Of a DNA stretch of 64,000 nucleotides, positions 41,552 to 55,430 are shown in pieces. This stretch comes from Octopus sinensis (Eukaryota). The translations under genes were made by a program, and so were the position numbers. Location: the NCBI RefSeq assembly GCF_006345805.1, contig NC_043005.1, forward strand, positions 74,276,001 to 74,340,000. Reading direction: 5' to 3'. Under the pieces are notes generated by a model. That model had not been told where the DNA came from. It was given only the letters and a program-made list of their open reading frames with translations, and made no database searches. Numbering within the stretch: the first letter of the stretch is position 1; the number at the start of each line of letters is the position of its first letter.

Positions 41552-41729
41552 CATATACATATATATGACGGGCTTCTTTCAGTTTCCCTCTACCAAATCC
41601 ATTCACAAGGCTTTGGTCGGTCCGAGGCTATAGTAGAAGACACTTGCCCAAGGTGCCACGCATTGCGACAGAACCCGGAAGCATGTGGTTGGTAAGCAAG
41701 CTACTTACCACACAGCCACTCCTGCTCCT
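41312..41729 (-). mobile_element. SINE family A, full length
   Basis: Both arms, reverse orientation. Confidence 0.85.
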
Positions 41730-42279
41730 ATATATATATATACATACATACATACGAATATATATATATATACACGTATGTGTGTATATATATATATATA
41801 TAATGTGTGTGTGTGTGTGTGTGTGTGTAGTTGCGCGTGCGCGCAACTACACGTGGTCCGTTGGCAATTTCTTCTCTTTCTTTGGACTTTTCCCATTCTC
41901 CTTTTCGACGGAGAGCTAGGCTCCAAATGTTAAACTCTCCTTTCATCGAGCGTCAGGCTAATATACTTCTTGTGCACGTCCTCACGTTCATGGTTTTCTT
42001 CCTTTTTTTGTTTTTTATCTGTTTATTTGAATTTACTATACATACATACATGGTTACATACATACATACATACAATGCGGCTATAATGGGGTTTCGCATT
42101 TAAGGGCTTTAATCGATTATATCTTCCCCTGTACTTCTTCCAATCAAGTACTTGTTTCTGCCAACAGTATTTTGTCACTCACCCACATGCAGGAGTTAAC
42201 AAGCACAAAAACTGATCAGTGACCCGCACATAAAACAAAGACACACACATGCACGCACGCACACTATTTTAGTTTATTT

Positions 42280-43000
42280 TTTTAATCAAGATATTGTTGT
42301 ATTAAGGAATGGTCATTTGGCCAGTTTAGCCAATAAAAACACACGCACTATATATTTAGTGTTACTTTGCTTCAGCGTTATTTACTTTTTACATTAATCT
42401 TAATCTTATTTCGGCCAGAGTTCTTTCGTCACACTCCTGTGACCGCATCAGTGGTCCTTTGTTTTGTTCTTTCTTATTTGTGTGTCTCTCCTTATTAACT
42501 GTCAGCCATTTTGTATTTCCATATAAGCTCTTAGCTGTTTGTCCCTAAGTCTATTATCAATTGACTAGACTGCCATGGTCACTTCATCAGGATGATGAGA
42601 TTTTGTCTCGTGTTGCTGGCACTTAATATAGTAGACAAAACCAACTTGATTCGTGTAGATGCAAAAATCAGGATTTGAATTGCTCTCCACTAGATTTGTA
42701 TGTATCACTTAGCCAGGTGTATTCCTTTTATTAGTGACAAGCGTAAGCTGTCTGTGTGTCTATTTTAGTGTCCTGATGTGTCATGTGTATCACTTGGTAC
42801 ATTAATCATGTATTTCTGTGGGCAGTTCCGTAGTATGTAGACAGCACTGTCCCCTAAATGTTTTTTTTTATCTAGGTGTCTTATATTGAGTGAATGAATT
42901 GCAGTTGATGCTTGTTTTAAATATGTTGAACCAATTGGCAAGTTGCGTACTTGTATGCCCAACATAACAGTTAGAGTCGTTTATTTTACAACCTTCATTT
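42280..43000 (-). mobile_element. Degenerate Penelope-like element 3' region
   Basis: Minus-strand relic with VGFVYYIKCQ (GIY-YIG-like) upstream of the hammerhead motif at 42413-42457. Frames broken by stops. Confidence 0.45.
42413..42457 (-). ncRNA. Minimal type I hammerhead ribozyme motif (A9 variant)
   Basis: Minus strand GGACCA-CUGAUGC-G-GUCAC-AGGAGU-GUGAC-GAAA-G-AA-C-UC-UGGCC: stems I, II and a 2-bp stem III all form; core differs from CUGANGA only at A9. Confidence 0.6.
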
Positions 43001-43931
43001 TACAATTGAATTTTTAAAACATTGTTTACGTATAGCTTGTTTGTGGGTTCATATGCTTGTGGTTGCTTATTGCTGAAGATGCTTATCGTAATTCTTTTTA
43101 ACTGTATCACGAGGTCAGCAATTTTGAGAGCAGAGATAAGGTCATATACACCAGCCCCTGTACATGACTGGTACTAATTATATTGACCCTGAAATGGCTA
43201 AAAGGTAAATTCGACCTCGTGGAATTTGAAGTCAGAAAGACTAAGAAATACCGCTTAGCATTTTGTTCAACATGCTAGCAATTCTGTCCGCTAACCGCCT
43301 TAGAGAATGCTTATTATAATGAGTTGTTTAATTAATCATTAAATGCACATAGAGATGTATATTTTTATGGTCTATTATTAGTGTCCATCGATGGTATGGT
43401 GTAATGGATTTTCTGTTCTGTTTTATGAGGCTTTTTGACAATGTGTTCATATATTCTCTAATCGTTATTTATTAGATTCATATAATAGACTTTACGTGTG
43501 GATTGTTTCATTTACAGAACATGTTGGTCTTAGTTGTACTTATCTTAGTATTAGTGTAATTGTGTAAAGTATTTGTTTATTCGAACAGTTGTGTTGTAAG
43601 GCGTAATGCATCTGTTTTCTATCCGAATGTTGAAATCTAGAAATAGTATCATTGATAGGAGTTTTATTTCCCTTGTTCAAGATATTAGATGTCGCTAAAG
43701 GGTCGTTTTCCAGGTCTGCCTTTGATTACTCGGTGTCCAGTGTGTTCATTACGTAATGTGATTTATTTTCATGGAAGTACCTTATCTGAGTAATTTACCC
43801 CGATGATATATAATATAAATATATTGACTGCATACACGTATAAACACACATACATGCAAACATACTAGGTATGTGCCTATGTGTATATGGTTTGTCTCTC
43901 TGATGATGATGATGATGATGATGATAATGAT

Positions 43932-43979
<48 letters not shown>

Positions 43980-43987
43980 GTGTGTTT

Positions 43988-44035
<48 letters not shown>

Positions 44036-44315
44036 GTATATATATATATGTACTCATGGAAAACGGATCAAAGGTCCTTCTCAAGTCATAGGCTCACAAG
44101 CCCGTTTTCCAGGATTCTGTGGCATATATACTACTGCAAACCCTGGATGAAACGCTGGTCTGTCGCAGGGTTACTCAATTTTGGCAGGTGAGTGGACAGG
44201 AGCAACGTGAAATGAAGAGTTTTGCTCATGAACACAATTCATTGCCCAGTCTAGGAAACGAAACCTCAATCTTGCGATCAAGTGTCCAACAACCTAATCC
44301 TTAAGCCACGCGTCT

Positions 44316-44348
<33 letters not shown>

Positions 44349-44645
44349 TGATAAATAGTTTAACTACTTTGATATGTGTGTGTGTGTTTACTCATGTATT
44401 TGTAAAGGAAAAGAAAAGCACTAGAAATTGGAATGTATTACAAATACCAATCGTTTCGCAAAGATGTCGGAGTTATCAAGAAGGAAGAAATAAACAACTT
44501 ATGACATGGCTGCCAAACGTCTGGAGCCTGCCATGTGCCTTGAGAAAGATCATGCCGTGCAAGCAGAGGAGGGCCTGGTATGCCATGAAAAGAAACAACA
44601 GCGATATTTTAAATAGCTCGCTATCATACATACATCATTTAGATG

Positions 44646-44677
<32 letters not shown>

Positions 44678-45449
44678 ATATATATATTATATATGAGCAT
44701 GTCTAGATATGAGAATACATACATAAAGCAAAACATACAAATCTGCACATACACATACATGCATACATACATACAATCAGAAATACCCTGTTGTTGATGT
44801 TGAAATTCCAATGAAGGAACCTTGGATCTAGGTTAGAAACCGGCTCTTTCTCTATTGGCAAGAAATCTTGAAATAAAACTGAACAATAGCATACATACAC
44901 ATAGTTGTATAGAAAAATACAGCTATATAAAGTATCGTACTGCAAAAATTTTTGATTTAACAATAAACTTTTCTCCACCTGTAGAAGATGTATCATAATA
45001 CTTTCTACTATAGGCACAAGGCCTGAGGTTTTGAGAGAGGTGGCTAATCAATTATACCGACCCCAGTGCTTAACTCGTACTTATGTTATCGACCCGAAAG
45101 TATGAAGCTCCACGAGGCTTCACGAGGCTTCTTTCAGTTTCCGTCTACCAAATCCACTCACTAGGCTTTGGTCGGCCCAAGGCTATAGTAGAAGACACTT
45201 GGCCAAGGTGTCACGCAGTGGAATTGAATCCGGAACCATGTGGTTGGTAAGCAAGCTACCACACAGCCACTCCTGCGCCATGTATGTATCTATGTATGCA
45301 TGTATTTATGTATGTATGTATGTATGTATGTATGTATGTATGTATGTATGTATGTATGTATGCATGCATGTATGTGTATGTATGTATGTATGTATGTATG
45401 TATGTATGTATGTATGTATGTATGCATACATGTATGTATGCATGTATGA

Positions 45450-45491
<42 letters not shown>

Positions 45492-45654
45492 GTATGTATG
45501 TATGTGTATGCATGAATATATACCTGTATATGAAGGAATATATAAATATATGTATACACACATATATATACATATATACATATATATATGTATGTTTGTA
45601 AGTACGAATATATATATATACATATATATATGTATATATGCGTGTCTGCCCGTG

Positions 45655-45689
<35 letters not shown>

Positions 45690-45976
45690 TTAAAGGCAGC
45701 AAACTACCTGGATCATTACCACGTCGTACTAAATCTTTAGCGCATTATTTCCCATCATTTTTCGCTTCTGAGTTCAAATCCCGCCGAGGGTAACTTTGTA
45801 TTACCCCGCCTTTGGGTTCCATAAATTAAGTCACCTACCGAATCCTGGGAACGTCCCAAAAACGAATTTCTTGATACGTGCAACAAACCATTGACTAAAA
45901 AGCAGGGGAAACCAGGTGAACCCACCTTATAAATCAAAGAGCTGCAGAATAAAGAAAAACGAAAAACATGAATACG

Positions 45977-46047
<71 letters not shown>

Positions 46048-46272
46048 TGCATGCATGTGTATGTATGTGTGCAAATTATTTGGAAATTAGTCTTGTTTGA
46101 GAAAAAGAAGGGAACAATTCAATCTTTTTAGAATTTATATTTCAATTTTGAATTCAAACGCATGCTCGTTTCAATTAGAAATTTTAATTTGACGATCGTC
46201 AGACAACCGCGCCAAGGATTGGAAAGGCGAAAGTAGCACTCGCGCGCGCGGACATACAAGCACACACACACA

Positions 46273-46314
<42 letters not shown>

Positions 46315-46542
46315 TTTGTGTATATGTAAATGGTTTAAACGACACTTACCTGTTGCTGTTTTGACATGCATATCTCTTATTTCACACCAGATTTTCCAGT
46401 CAGCATTATTGATCACAGTTTACGATGTGTTCATTCATTTGTAAATATTTAGAGATTCGTTTAGATTCGTATCTTTCTGCTCATTCAGGTACTTACTGCG
46501 TATCTCCACCCTTTCTCTCCCTCCCTCTCTCACTCTCTCTCT

Positions 46543-46573
<31 letters not shown>

Positions 46574-46574
46574 C

Positions 46575-46971
46575 TCTTTATATATAAAAGTGAAGTTGTG
46601 TGTCTGTCTCCTACGGTTTAGATTCCTAACTACTCCCACATTTTGCGGTGCAATTTAACCAAAACCGGGTATCTTATAGTCGTGATTCATATCGAGCCCT
46701 CCTGTATATTAGCGCGCGTCTACGATGAGTCTACGATTTAAAAAATAATTTACCATCATTTTTTTCCATTTTAATGCATTTTTTTCGCTATTATATAAGG
46801 GAAGTAACTCTCTAAATATGTCTACGTTGAGTCAACGATTTAAAAAAAAATTTACCATAATTTTTTTTCCATTTTTGATGCATTTTTTGCTATTTTTTGG
46901 CTATAACTCTCTAAAAATGCTTATATAGTTATTTCCCTTACAAACCCGAGCAACGCCGGGTGATACTGCTA

Positions 46972-46972
<1 letters not shown>
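46575..46972 (+). mobile_element. Non-autonomous Helitron, same family as 21622-22018
   Basis: Same 5' TC end and 3' hairpin/CTAG; carries an internal ~110-bp tandem subrepeat (gtctacg..taactctctaaa) absent from the other copy. Confidence 0.85.
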
Positions 46973-47012
<40 letters not shown>

Positions 47013-47120
47013 GCGTAGAAGTGAAGCGTATTAGTAGGGAGCATAATATATTTACATAAATAAAATATGGTTTCTTAGTATTTATGCACTTACGTGAGTA
47101 TCTATCTATCTTTCTATCTA

Positions 47121-47155
<35 letters not shown>

Positions 47156-47339
47156 GTGTAAACAGTAAATCAAGTAACCACATCATAGTGGCAGATTAAT
47201 GTTACAACTAGTCTAACCCCAGGCGGATTTTCCGTCAACAGGTTTTCGGTGCAAGCTCTGCACCCTTTATATACACTATATCGCTAGCAGGGGGGAGCGA
47301 ACCCCTACTTCCCTCCAGCAGTCGACAGGACTATATATA

Positions 47340-47380
<41 letters not shown>

Positions 47381-47720
47381 AACTTATATATATATATATA
47401 TGTATGTATGTATGTATAGTCCGCCGAAAACTATGTATACACACTCGAAGAAAGGAAAATTCTGTATAAATATTTTAATTCAATATTATTGCAATTTATT
47501 CAGTGTTATCACCATTTGATAAAGAATCGAAAGTCATATTCATATTTATAGGGGTAATTGAACAAGTTAAATATTTATACAAATTTTTCCTTTCCTGAAG
47601 TGTGTATACAGTTTGGTTTTTTTATTTGTTGGCCGACTCTGTATACATGTCTAGGTACTGGCGTGGCTGTGTAGTAAAACAGTTTGCTTTACCAACCACA
47701 TGGCTCCGAGTTCAGTTCCA

Positions 47721-47928
47721 TTGGAAATTCTCCTTCTTTCTGTGTTTTCTCTCTGTGTATCTTTCTGTTGAAGAGCGTAGGCTCGAAACGTTAAAGACTT
47801 GTTTTATTTATATTTCCTGAGCGCCATACCAATACAATTGTTTGTTTGTATTCCACCTGCCTTCGTCTTTTGTTTATTTCCGTAAACCTGCCTTCGTCTT
47901 TTGTCTATTTTCATAAAGCTTCCCGTTA
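47721..47928 (+). mobile_element. PLE family P1 pLTR copy
   Basis: Near-identical to ~8040-8207, with an internal ~30-bp duplication (cctgccttcgtcttttgt..). Lies between two oppositely oriented SINE A heads. Confidence 0.65.
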
Positions 47929-48195
47929 TAGTAGAAGACACTTACACCAGGTAACACGTAGTAGGAGTGAACCCGGAACCATGTGGATGGAAAGCAAGCG
48001 TCTTACCACACAGCTGCACCTCGACTTCTATGTTACGAGTGTACTGGTTCCAATATAATAATTTTCACATAAGCTCACATCCGACATACTGTAGGCATAT
48101 TTTCCGTGTCAACTTCACCGAGTACATAAACCCTCTAATTGATTGTTAATCTATAAATGCCAAACATGTGCATCTGTAACGGGAATATAAATGAA

Positions 48196-48273
<78 letters not shown>

Positions 48274-48569
48274 AGTGAGATTAGTGTAGGCGTATTATTA
48301 TTATTATTTTTTTTGCGTTAATGTCATTGATCCGTGTATAAATAAGTTGACGTCGTTCGAGTGATACTATCGATCGAAAAGATCGAGTCGAAACGAGTCG
48401 AGACATCGAAAGACTTTTAGCTTCTGTATGAGTTTTATCTCCAGTTTATTAGTCGTGTCACGGTTAAATGTTTGCTAGCCGTCAACAACAGAACCAGCGT
48501 CAGCCGAATGTTCCGCTCGAAAGAATACGCCATTCCTGTATCTGTTTGATTTAACATCCAATGTAGAGC

Positions 48570-48570
48570 A

Positions 48571-48602
<32 letters not shown>

Positions 48603-48758
48603 TAATAATAATATAATAATAATAATAATAATAAATAATAATAAAATAATATGTAATAATAATATAATATAAAAATAATAATAATACTAATAATAATAAA
48701 AATAATAATAATAATAATATAATATAATAATAATAATACTAATATAATGATAATAATG

Positions 48759-48790
<32 letters not shown>

Positions 48791-48892
48791 ATAATAATAA
48801 AAAATAATATAATAATATAATAATAAAATAATAATAATAATAATAATAAGGATAATAATCATAATAAAAATAATAATAATAATATAATAATG

Positions 48893-48926
<34 letters not shown>

Positions 48927-49070
48927 GAAGAAGAAGAAGAAGAAGAAGAAGATGAGTAGTAGTAGTAGTAGTATTAGTAGTAGTAGTAGTAGTAGTAGAA
49001 GTAGAAGTAGTAGTAGTAGAAGTAGTAGTAGTAGTAGTAGTAATAATAATAATAATAATTAATAATATGA
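48570..49070. repeat. Compound trinucleotide array (AAT)n-(AAG)n-(AGT)n-(AAT)n; other trinucleotide arrays at ~11205-11295, 29750-29960, 37760-37903, 38550-38650, 40240-40760
   Basis: Directly visible; source of the poly-I/N/T/S ORFs. Confidence 0.95.
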
Positions 49071-49626
49071 AGGAGGAAAAGAAATTTGCTGAAAAATGAA
49101 GGAAAACACATCTACGAATGTATACATGCGTGTGTGTGTGTTTATGTATGTATGAATGTATAAATGTATAAATGGAATAATGTATGAATGTATATATGTG
49201 TAACTGGATGTATGTATGTTTGTTTGTTGGTAGGTAGTTAGGTAGGTATGTATTTTTTGCAAGAAGTGCGTGCATTAAACAAAATTCTTAGAAGTTTATG
49301 TAGTTAAACGACAGATTTCCACGCCTACATAGTGGGAAATAATCAGATGTAAATACACCTTGTTATTCTCTTTGCTCATAGAACAATATACAGTTCAGAC
49401 ACACACACACATCCACACACAAAGACACACGCATACACAAATTCGCACACACGCACACAAACACAAACACACACACGTACACAACACAAACACACTCATA
49501 CACACAAACACACAAACATACACACACATTCACACACGCACAGACACACATCTCTTTCTATGATTCTGCTTTAAAGTGTGTAAGTTTGTGCGTATATATA
49601 CGTGCATATGTGTGTATATATATAAA

Positions 49627-49885
49627 GAGGGCGGAGATATACAGAATGTAGGGGTATTCTGTGGATATTGGTTGAAAGTTGGGGAAGACTACGAAGGCAA
49701 GAACCCATATGCATATTCATATCTAAAGTAATACCTACATCTTTCCACCTTACCAGATAAATCATTGGCACTTAACACAACAATTCCTTAAAAGTTAGAT
49801 CTCATTATTCGATTGCCTTCGTACCCTCCCCCAAATTTCAACCAAAGTTCACAGAATACCCCAAATTCTGCGTATCTTCGCCCTC
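49627..49885. repeat. Diverged inverted repeat (~73-bp arms 49627-49700 / 49813-49885)
   Basis: Shared blocks cagaat..ggggtattctgtg..ttggttgaaa..tacgaaggcaa. Confidence 0.65.
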
Positions 49886-50436
49886 CTTCCTTTGTCATTT
49901 AGCCTTAGCTAGCGAATCTTAAACCCCCAACCCTATACCTAATTATGCATTTATTTTCTTCACCATTGCTATAGCTTTCTTAATCTTTCTTTATCCTTAA
50001 TGTATCTTAGGTCCTCTGACAGCTACCCACTGCTCTAGACCTACAATAATAAAATATCACCTACACCCCAGCCTACCTAAGAACCAGTTTAGCACACTCC
50101 TATCTCATCCGGGTCGTTGACCTTAAATAACATATTACACCATTTCAAAAACTATATTCTTAACCTCAGTGGCCAATTTTGTTGGTCATTCTCGCATTTC
50201 ATAGTTGGCCTCGACACACTCCAGCCGCGTCCCTGCTGTATTCTTGGGATATCCTTTTGTTTGTAAAATTACGTTTCATCTGTTGATTATGGTTTTTTGT
50301 AATGGAATAATGTTCTCATTCTTCTATTAAAAGGATGTGTAAGAAACAGCTGTAATGAGCTAACAATTCTCTTTTACTCTTTTACTTGTTTCGTTTGTCG
50401 AGAAGAAGCAGACTCTAAGATGTAGAGCAGTATATA

Positions 50437-50648
50437 TTTTTTACAGGGGAATACCAGATTATGGGATTACATAAAGGGTTTTTGAACTTATGGCTTATCG
50501 GCAGAACCTAAAACTTGTTGACCTAAGACCTTATGCGAAACAGACTCCAGTCTAGGGAGGTTTTAGACCAACAAGTATTGGGGTCTGATAATATACCATG
50601 GATGGGAAACATAGGGTAATTCCATAAACCGGCCTTCCCCAGTAAAAA
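50437..50648. repeat. Degenerate fold-back / old MITE
   Basis: tttttacagggga..atgggattac vs gtaattccat..ttccccagtaaaaa, with an inner pair cagaacctaaaacttgttg / caacaagtattggggtctg. Confidence 0.45.
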
Positions 50649-50669
50649 TCTATCTATCTATCTATCTAC

Positions 50670-50742
<73 letters not shown>

Positions 50743-50754
50743 GATCTATCTATC

Positions 50755-50785
<31 letters not shown>

Positions 50786-50791
50786 CTATCC

Positions 50792-50827
<36 letters not shown>

Positions 50828-50862
50828 GTCTATATATCTATCTATCTATCTATCTATCTATA

Positions 50863-50930
<68 letters not shown>

Positions 50931-51417
50931 CATACATACATACATACATACATACATACATACATACATACATACATACATACATACATACATACATGTG
51001 TGTGTGTGTGTATTACTAGTCCTCTTAATTTCCACTTTTACGTCCTTCCCACTCATTTCTGTCACATGGTTGCTGCCTTTCTCTTTTATGCGAAACTCAT
51101 TATTCTTCTATATTTCATTGGTGTTATGGATTTTCTTCTTGGCAATTTTATTGTAATGTTTGTTATATTTTTAACTCCTTCCTCGCTCCGTTTCCATACT
51201 TCCTCCTTTAATAGTGACTTCGATTTCATGCGAAGCAGACTCCAGTCTACCGTATAACTTACGAATAACTACACGTACACTTACCTAGCAAACCAACATA
51301 CTTACCAAACCGTCCTATTTGCTTGACAAAGTACGTCATTAGTCTACTTCCTAACTACTTCTCTCTCAATATATCACACATACATACATACATACATACA
51401 TACATACATACATACAT

Positions 51418-51460
<43 letters not shown>

Positions 51461-51552
51461 TACATATATATGTATGTATCTGTGTGTCAATGTGTGCCTG
51501 TTTCTCAAACGGTTTTTGGTTTGTTTATGTCACCTTAATAAGCGGTTTGTAA

Positions 51553-51783
51553 GGCGGCGAGCTAGCAGAATCGTTAGCACGTCGGGCGAAATGCTTAGCG
51601 GTATTTCGGCTGCCGTCACGTTGTGAGTTCAAATTCCGCCGAGGTCGACTTTGCCTTTCATCCTTTAGGGGTCGATAAATTAAGTACCAGTTAAGCACTG
51701 GGGTCGATATAATCGACTTAATACCTATGTCTGTCCATGTTTGTCTCCTCTATGTTTAGCCCCTTGTGGGTAATAAAGAAATA
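51553..51783 (+). mobile_element. SINE family B, full length
   Basis: Full head to aaagaaata tail; short duplication ggtttg at 51544-51549 and 51784-51789. Confidence 0.85.
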
Positions 51784-51887
51784 GGTTTGACAAAACGCAG
51801 TATATAGCAATGCCCTCTATATGATCGACAAAACTTTCATATGTGTGTGGGTGGGGATGCGCTCGTGTGCGTCTGTCTGACTGTCTG

Positions 51888-51950
<63 letters not shown>

Positions 51951-52329
51951 GTTTGTCGTAAGTCTGTCTGTCTATCTATCTACATTTGCATACACGGTGT
52001 TGTATATATCCATGTATGTATATGTATGTTTTCGTTCGGTTTTCTTATATGTCCCCACCGTTATTTTTTTTGTTCCTAACTTTGACCCTCCATAAATCCT
52101 AAATTTTATTTGGAATTTGTGGGAGCAACTGTCTTTGGGGACTCATATTGTCGTTGAATGCTCGAAATGAGGACTAGATAGACAACTGAAAATTGATGAA
52201 GGGTCCTTTTCCTGTGTTAACTTGTCCTGCTTTCCTTTTTTTCTCGGTGTTCACGTATTTCATGTTATTTGCACCGTTGGTGACGTCCTGTAACCATATA
52301 TGTATGTATGTATGTATGATGTATGTATG

Positions 52330-52360
<31 letters not shown>

Positions 52361-52371
52361 GTATGTATGCA

Positions 52372-52415
<44 letters not shown>

Positions 52416-52619
52416 TATATATATTACATGCAACACACGTTCCTTCCAAGCACTGCTCTAAACTGCCGAAGTGAGCTAGAACGTTAAAACTTAGTGCGCA
52501 TGCACAACAGAGTTTAAGGTCAATCTTTGCCTAGCGGCCTCATTCTTCGTGTTTTAGCTTCATAACTATGGCAACAGTCTGGATACTTATTGATCAGACG
52601 TTTTATGTATGTTCACATG

Positions 52620-52935
52620 CAATGCTGAGTATGTCAACCAGCCGAAATTCCATGAAAGATCAACTCCATGCGACGTCCTTCCTTCTAGATTTCATTTGTG
52701 TAGTGTGTGAAAGGTGTTGCAAGTCGATTTCGCGTCTGAAGCGATACATGGAGGTTCACAGTCGTCATATCTCACAGCAGAAGTCAGAATCCAGTGCAAG
52801 TTACAACATTCGTCTGCCACCTATTCTTCAAACAATGAAGGTCTGCACCGAGACTCAGTAGTCATCTGAGATGTCATTGACGGAATGTCGGAAATCCTCT
52901 TCTGGAAGATCAGAGAGACGACAACCATCTGTGAA
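52620..52935 (+). mobile_element. Degenerate RTE-type LINE 3' end with two zinc-finger relics
   Basis: FICVVCERCCKSISRLKRYMEVH (from 52691) and, frameshifted, FVCHL....RSAPRLSSHLRCH* (52809-52880). Confidence 0.45.
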
Positions 52936-53285
52936 GACAGAGCAACGTATAAATATGTGTGTGTGCATGTAGGTATCATGTATGTATATAAGTGTGGAAG
53001 GTGAAGCCAAGTGACCTAATGGTTACGGTGTTGCACTGATCATTGCTAGATCGTGGGTTCGATTCCCACGTTCGATTCGCGTTGTGTTCTTGAGGAAAAC
53101 ATTTTATTTTACGTTACTCCAGTTCTCCTTTCTATCGGGGGGTGTAGTGGTGATGTGACGTTGGCCTACTTGCTTTGCCAGCAGGGTGGCATCTTTCGAA
53201 GGGTAAAACGATTCAAAACGCATTGTGACTAGCGATGTGTAACAGTACCAACATGTAATAGTCTTGTTGGTCACGTCATCATGTG

Positions 53286-53330
<45 letters not shown>

Positions 53331-53369
53331 GTTTGTGTGTGTGTGTGTGTTGTGTGTGTGTGTGTGTGT

Positions 53370-53623
53370 GGTGGCGCGTGGCTTAGTGGTTAGGGTGTCA
53401 GCATCATGATCGTAAGATTGTGGTTTCGATTCCTGGACCGGGCGACGCGTTGTGTTCTTGAGCAAAACACTTCATTTCACGTTGCTCCAGTTCACTCAGC
53501 TGGCAAAAAGGAGTAACGCAGCGATAGACTGGCGTCCCGTCCAGCTGGGGAACACATACACCATTGAAACCGGGAAACCGGGCCCATGAGCCTGGCTAGG
53601 CTTTAAAAGGGCGCATTTATTTT
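53370..53623 (+). mobile_element. SINE family D (tRNA-like head, V-domain-like gcgatggactggcgtcccgtccag block)
   Basis: A/B boxes tggcttagtgg / ggtttcgattcc. Older minus copy at ~44066-44319; the same head with a different tail (family E) at ~52998-53285. Confidence 0.7.
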
Positions 53624-54295
53624 CATTATCATTATATATATATGTGTGAGTGTGAGTGTGTGTGTGTGTGTGTGTTTGAATGCATATCGTATATCTGCAT
53701 CCGCATGCTCTGCAGAATATTTTACATACAGTTTCTGTTAGGCTAAATTTTAGCAGTCGTCTACAACCAGGATATTACTTATAAGGTGATAAAACCGAAG
53801 GTGTAATTGAAAATACCGCGTCAGTAGCAGACGACCAAATGATCTTTAAATGAAGAAAAAATGAAGAAAAATGGATTATTCTGCATTATGCTGGTAATTA
53901 CATATGGTTTAAATTATGTAAGGAAGGATGTTGAGTATATTTTCTGTCACATTAATTATACCGCAATAATTGCATTGCTTTTACACTCATGAACTTGAGA
54001 AATTTATAGACTAACATTTGCGTGAATGGTAAAACAAAATGTATTTTAACGAGGGTAAAAGTATATTTCATTACGGCAACATTTATACGCAGAATAATTC
54101 TTCGATTACCAGATGCTGATCTGTCACCTGTGAAAAACTAGGGTCAACTTCTGCATGATATATATATTTTGCCGAGGAGATACAAAACAAAAGCGAGGTA
54201 TAAAAAAATAATGAAATGAGGAAAGGAAGGAAATGTCTTTAATGTTTCAAGTATACACTCTTATTCTGAAAGTTAAGGGACACAACACACATCTC

Positions 54296-54327
<32 letters not shown>

Positions 54328-54329
54328 GT

Positions 54330-54520
54330 TAATCCTAACATGAAAGCACAAAAAAACACAACAACGCGAGGACGTGGAACAAATATAGTATTATTGGACG
54401 CAAGGGAAAGAAGGAAAGAAGGAGGTGTAACGTTTTGAGCGGAGCTCTTCGTCGGAAACATAGGAGAAGGAAGATCCAGAAAGGAAGACAGAGGAAGAAA
54501 ATAAAAGCGCGCGTGGCGTG
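54330..54520 (-). mobile_element. PLE pLTR fragment (P1-related subfamily)
   Basis: Minus strand tttccgacgaagagctccgctcaaaacgtt plus downstream gcgtccaataatac..ttgttccacgtcctc, shared with a degenerate + copy at ~41860-42030. Flanked by (TA)n. Confidence 0.5.
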
Positions 54521-54579
54521 TATGAAATATGGGATATATATATATATATATATATTATATATAACTAAATATATTATTT

Positions 54580-54701
54580 TTTTATAGAAGGAGCTTCTAA
54601 GGACTAGAACTGTTTCATTCAAATGAAAACATCAGGAAGCTTCCTGATGTTTTTCATTTGAATGAAACAGTTCTAGTCCTGTAGAAGCTCCTTCTATAAA
54701 A
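54580..54701. repeat. 122-bp spacerless palindrome
   Basis: Centre gaag|cttc at 54639/54640; the arms differ only by two single-base indels. Confidence 0.9.
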
Positions 54702-55182
54702 TAAATTAATTTACTCTGCTATGTATTGAGTACCTATTTACTGTGGTTAACCCCGATCTCAACCCGGGACCTACATATATAATATATATATATATATATA
54801 TATAATATATATATATATTATATAATATGTATGTATGTATGTATGTATATGTGTGTATGTGTAGGCATACATAAACTCATACAGAGAGAGAAAGAGGGAG
54901 AGAGAGAGAGAAGAAGGGTAAGAAAGTAAGAGAGTGAAAGTTGCATATTTCGACCATTTCAAGACGTAGCCATTTCTAAACCATAACCATTTGAAAATAT
55001 TAAACTGGAGTTATGAAAATATCCTGAATAAGTTTTGTTCCCACTGAGTTTGGTAACAAGAGGTTAGCTTTTCATTAATTACAATAAATAGCTACCACAA
55101 CAGAAACGTTTGCGCACGTCAGCGTGCCCCCTGTGCATAGATGTGTATATATGTGAGTGTATGTGTGTGTTTGCTTAAACTA

Positions 55183-55430
55183 GCAGCCATTTTTGTTTTC
55201 GACTTTCCCTCATAATCTCTTAACACTTTTACACTTACAAACCCCTTTCTCCTCGTTCTCTCTTTCTTTCACTTTCTCTGCTCCCCCGCCCCTCCCCGCC
55301 ACCTCGCTCACTTATTCTCTTATTCTCCCCTTCATTTCATAGTTCATTCAAATGATGCTATAAAGTACGGAGCAAGCTTTATCACATTCGTAATCTTCCC
55401 GGAAACGACGTTAACCCTATTTAAATGCAT
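55183..55430 (+). promoter_or_regulatory. Possible promoter-like motif cluster
   Basis: YY1-like gcagccatttt (55183-55193), tandem GC boxes ccccgcccctccccgcc (55284-55300), TATAAA (55359-55364) and a TATTTAAA near 55418. Motif match only. Confidence 0.2.

Noticed and set aside
44430-44620. RTE LINE C-terminal relic
   Set aside because: Only a faint RF.KD..K...I pattern across stops; insufficient.
54640-54690. Hammerhead in the palindrome arm (CUGAUG..GAAAC..GUC)
   Set aside because: A9 is missing and stems I and II do not form canonically; kept only as part of the fold-back finding.
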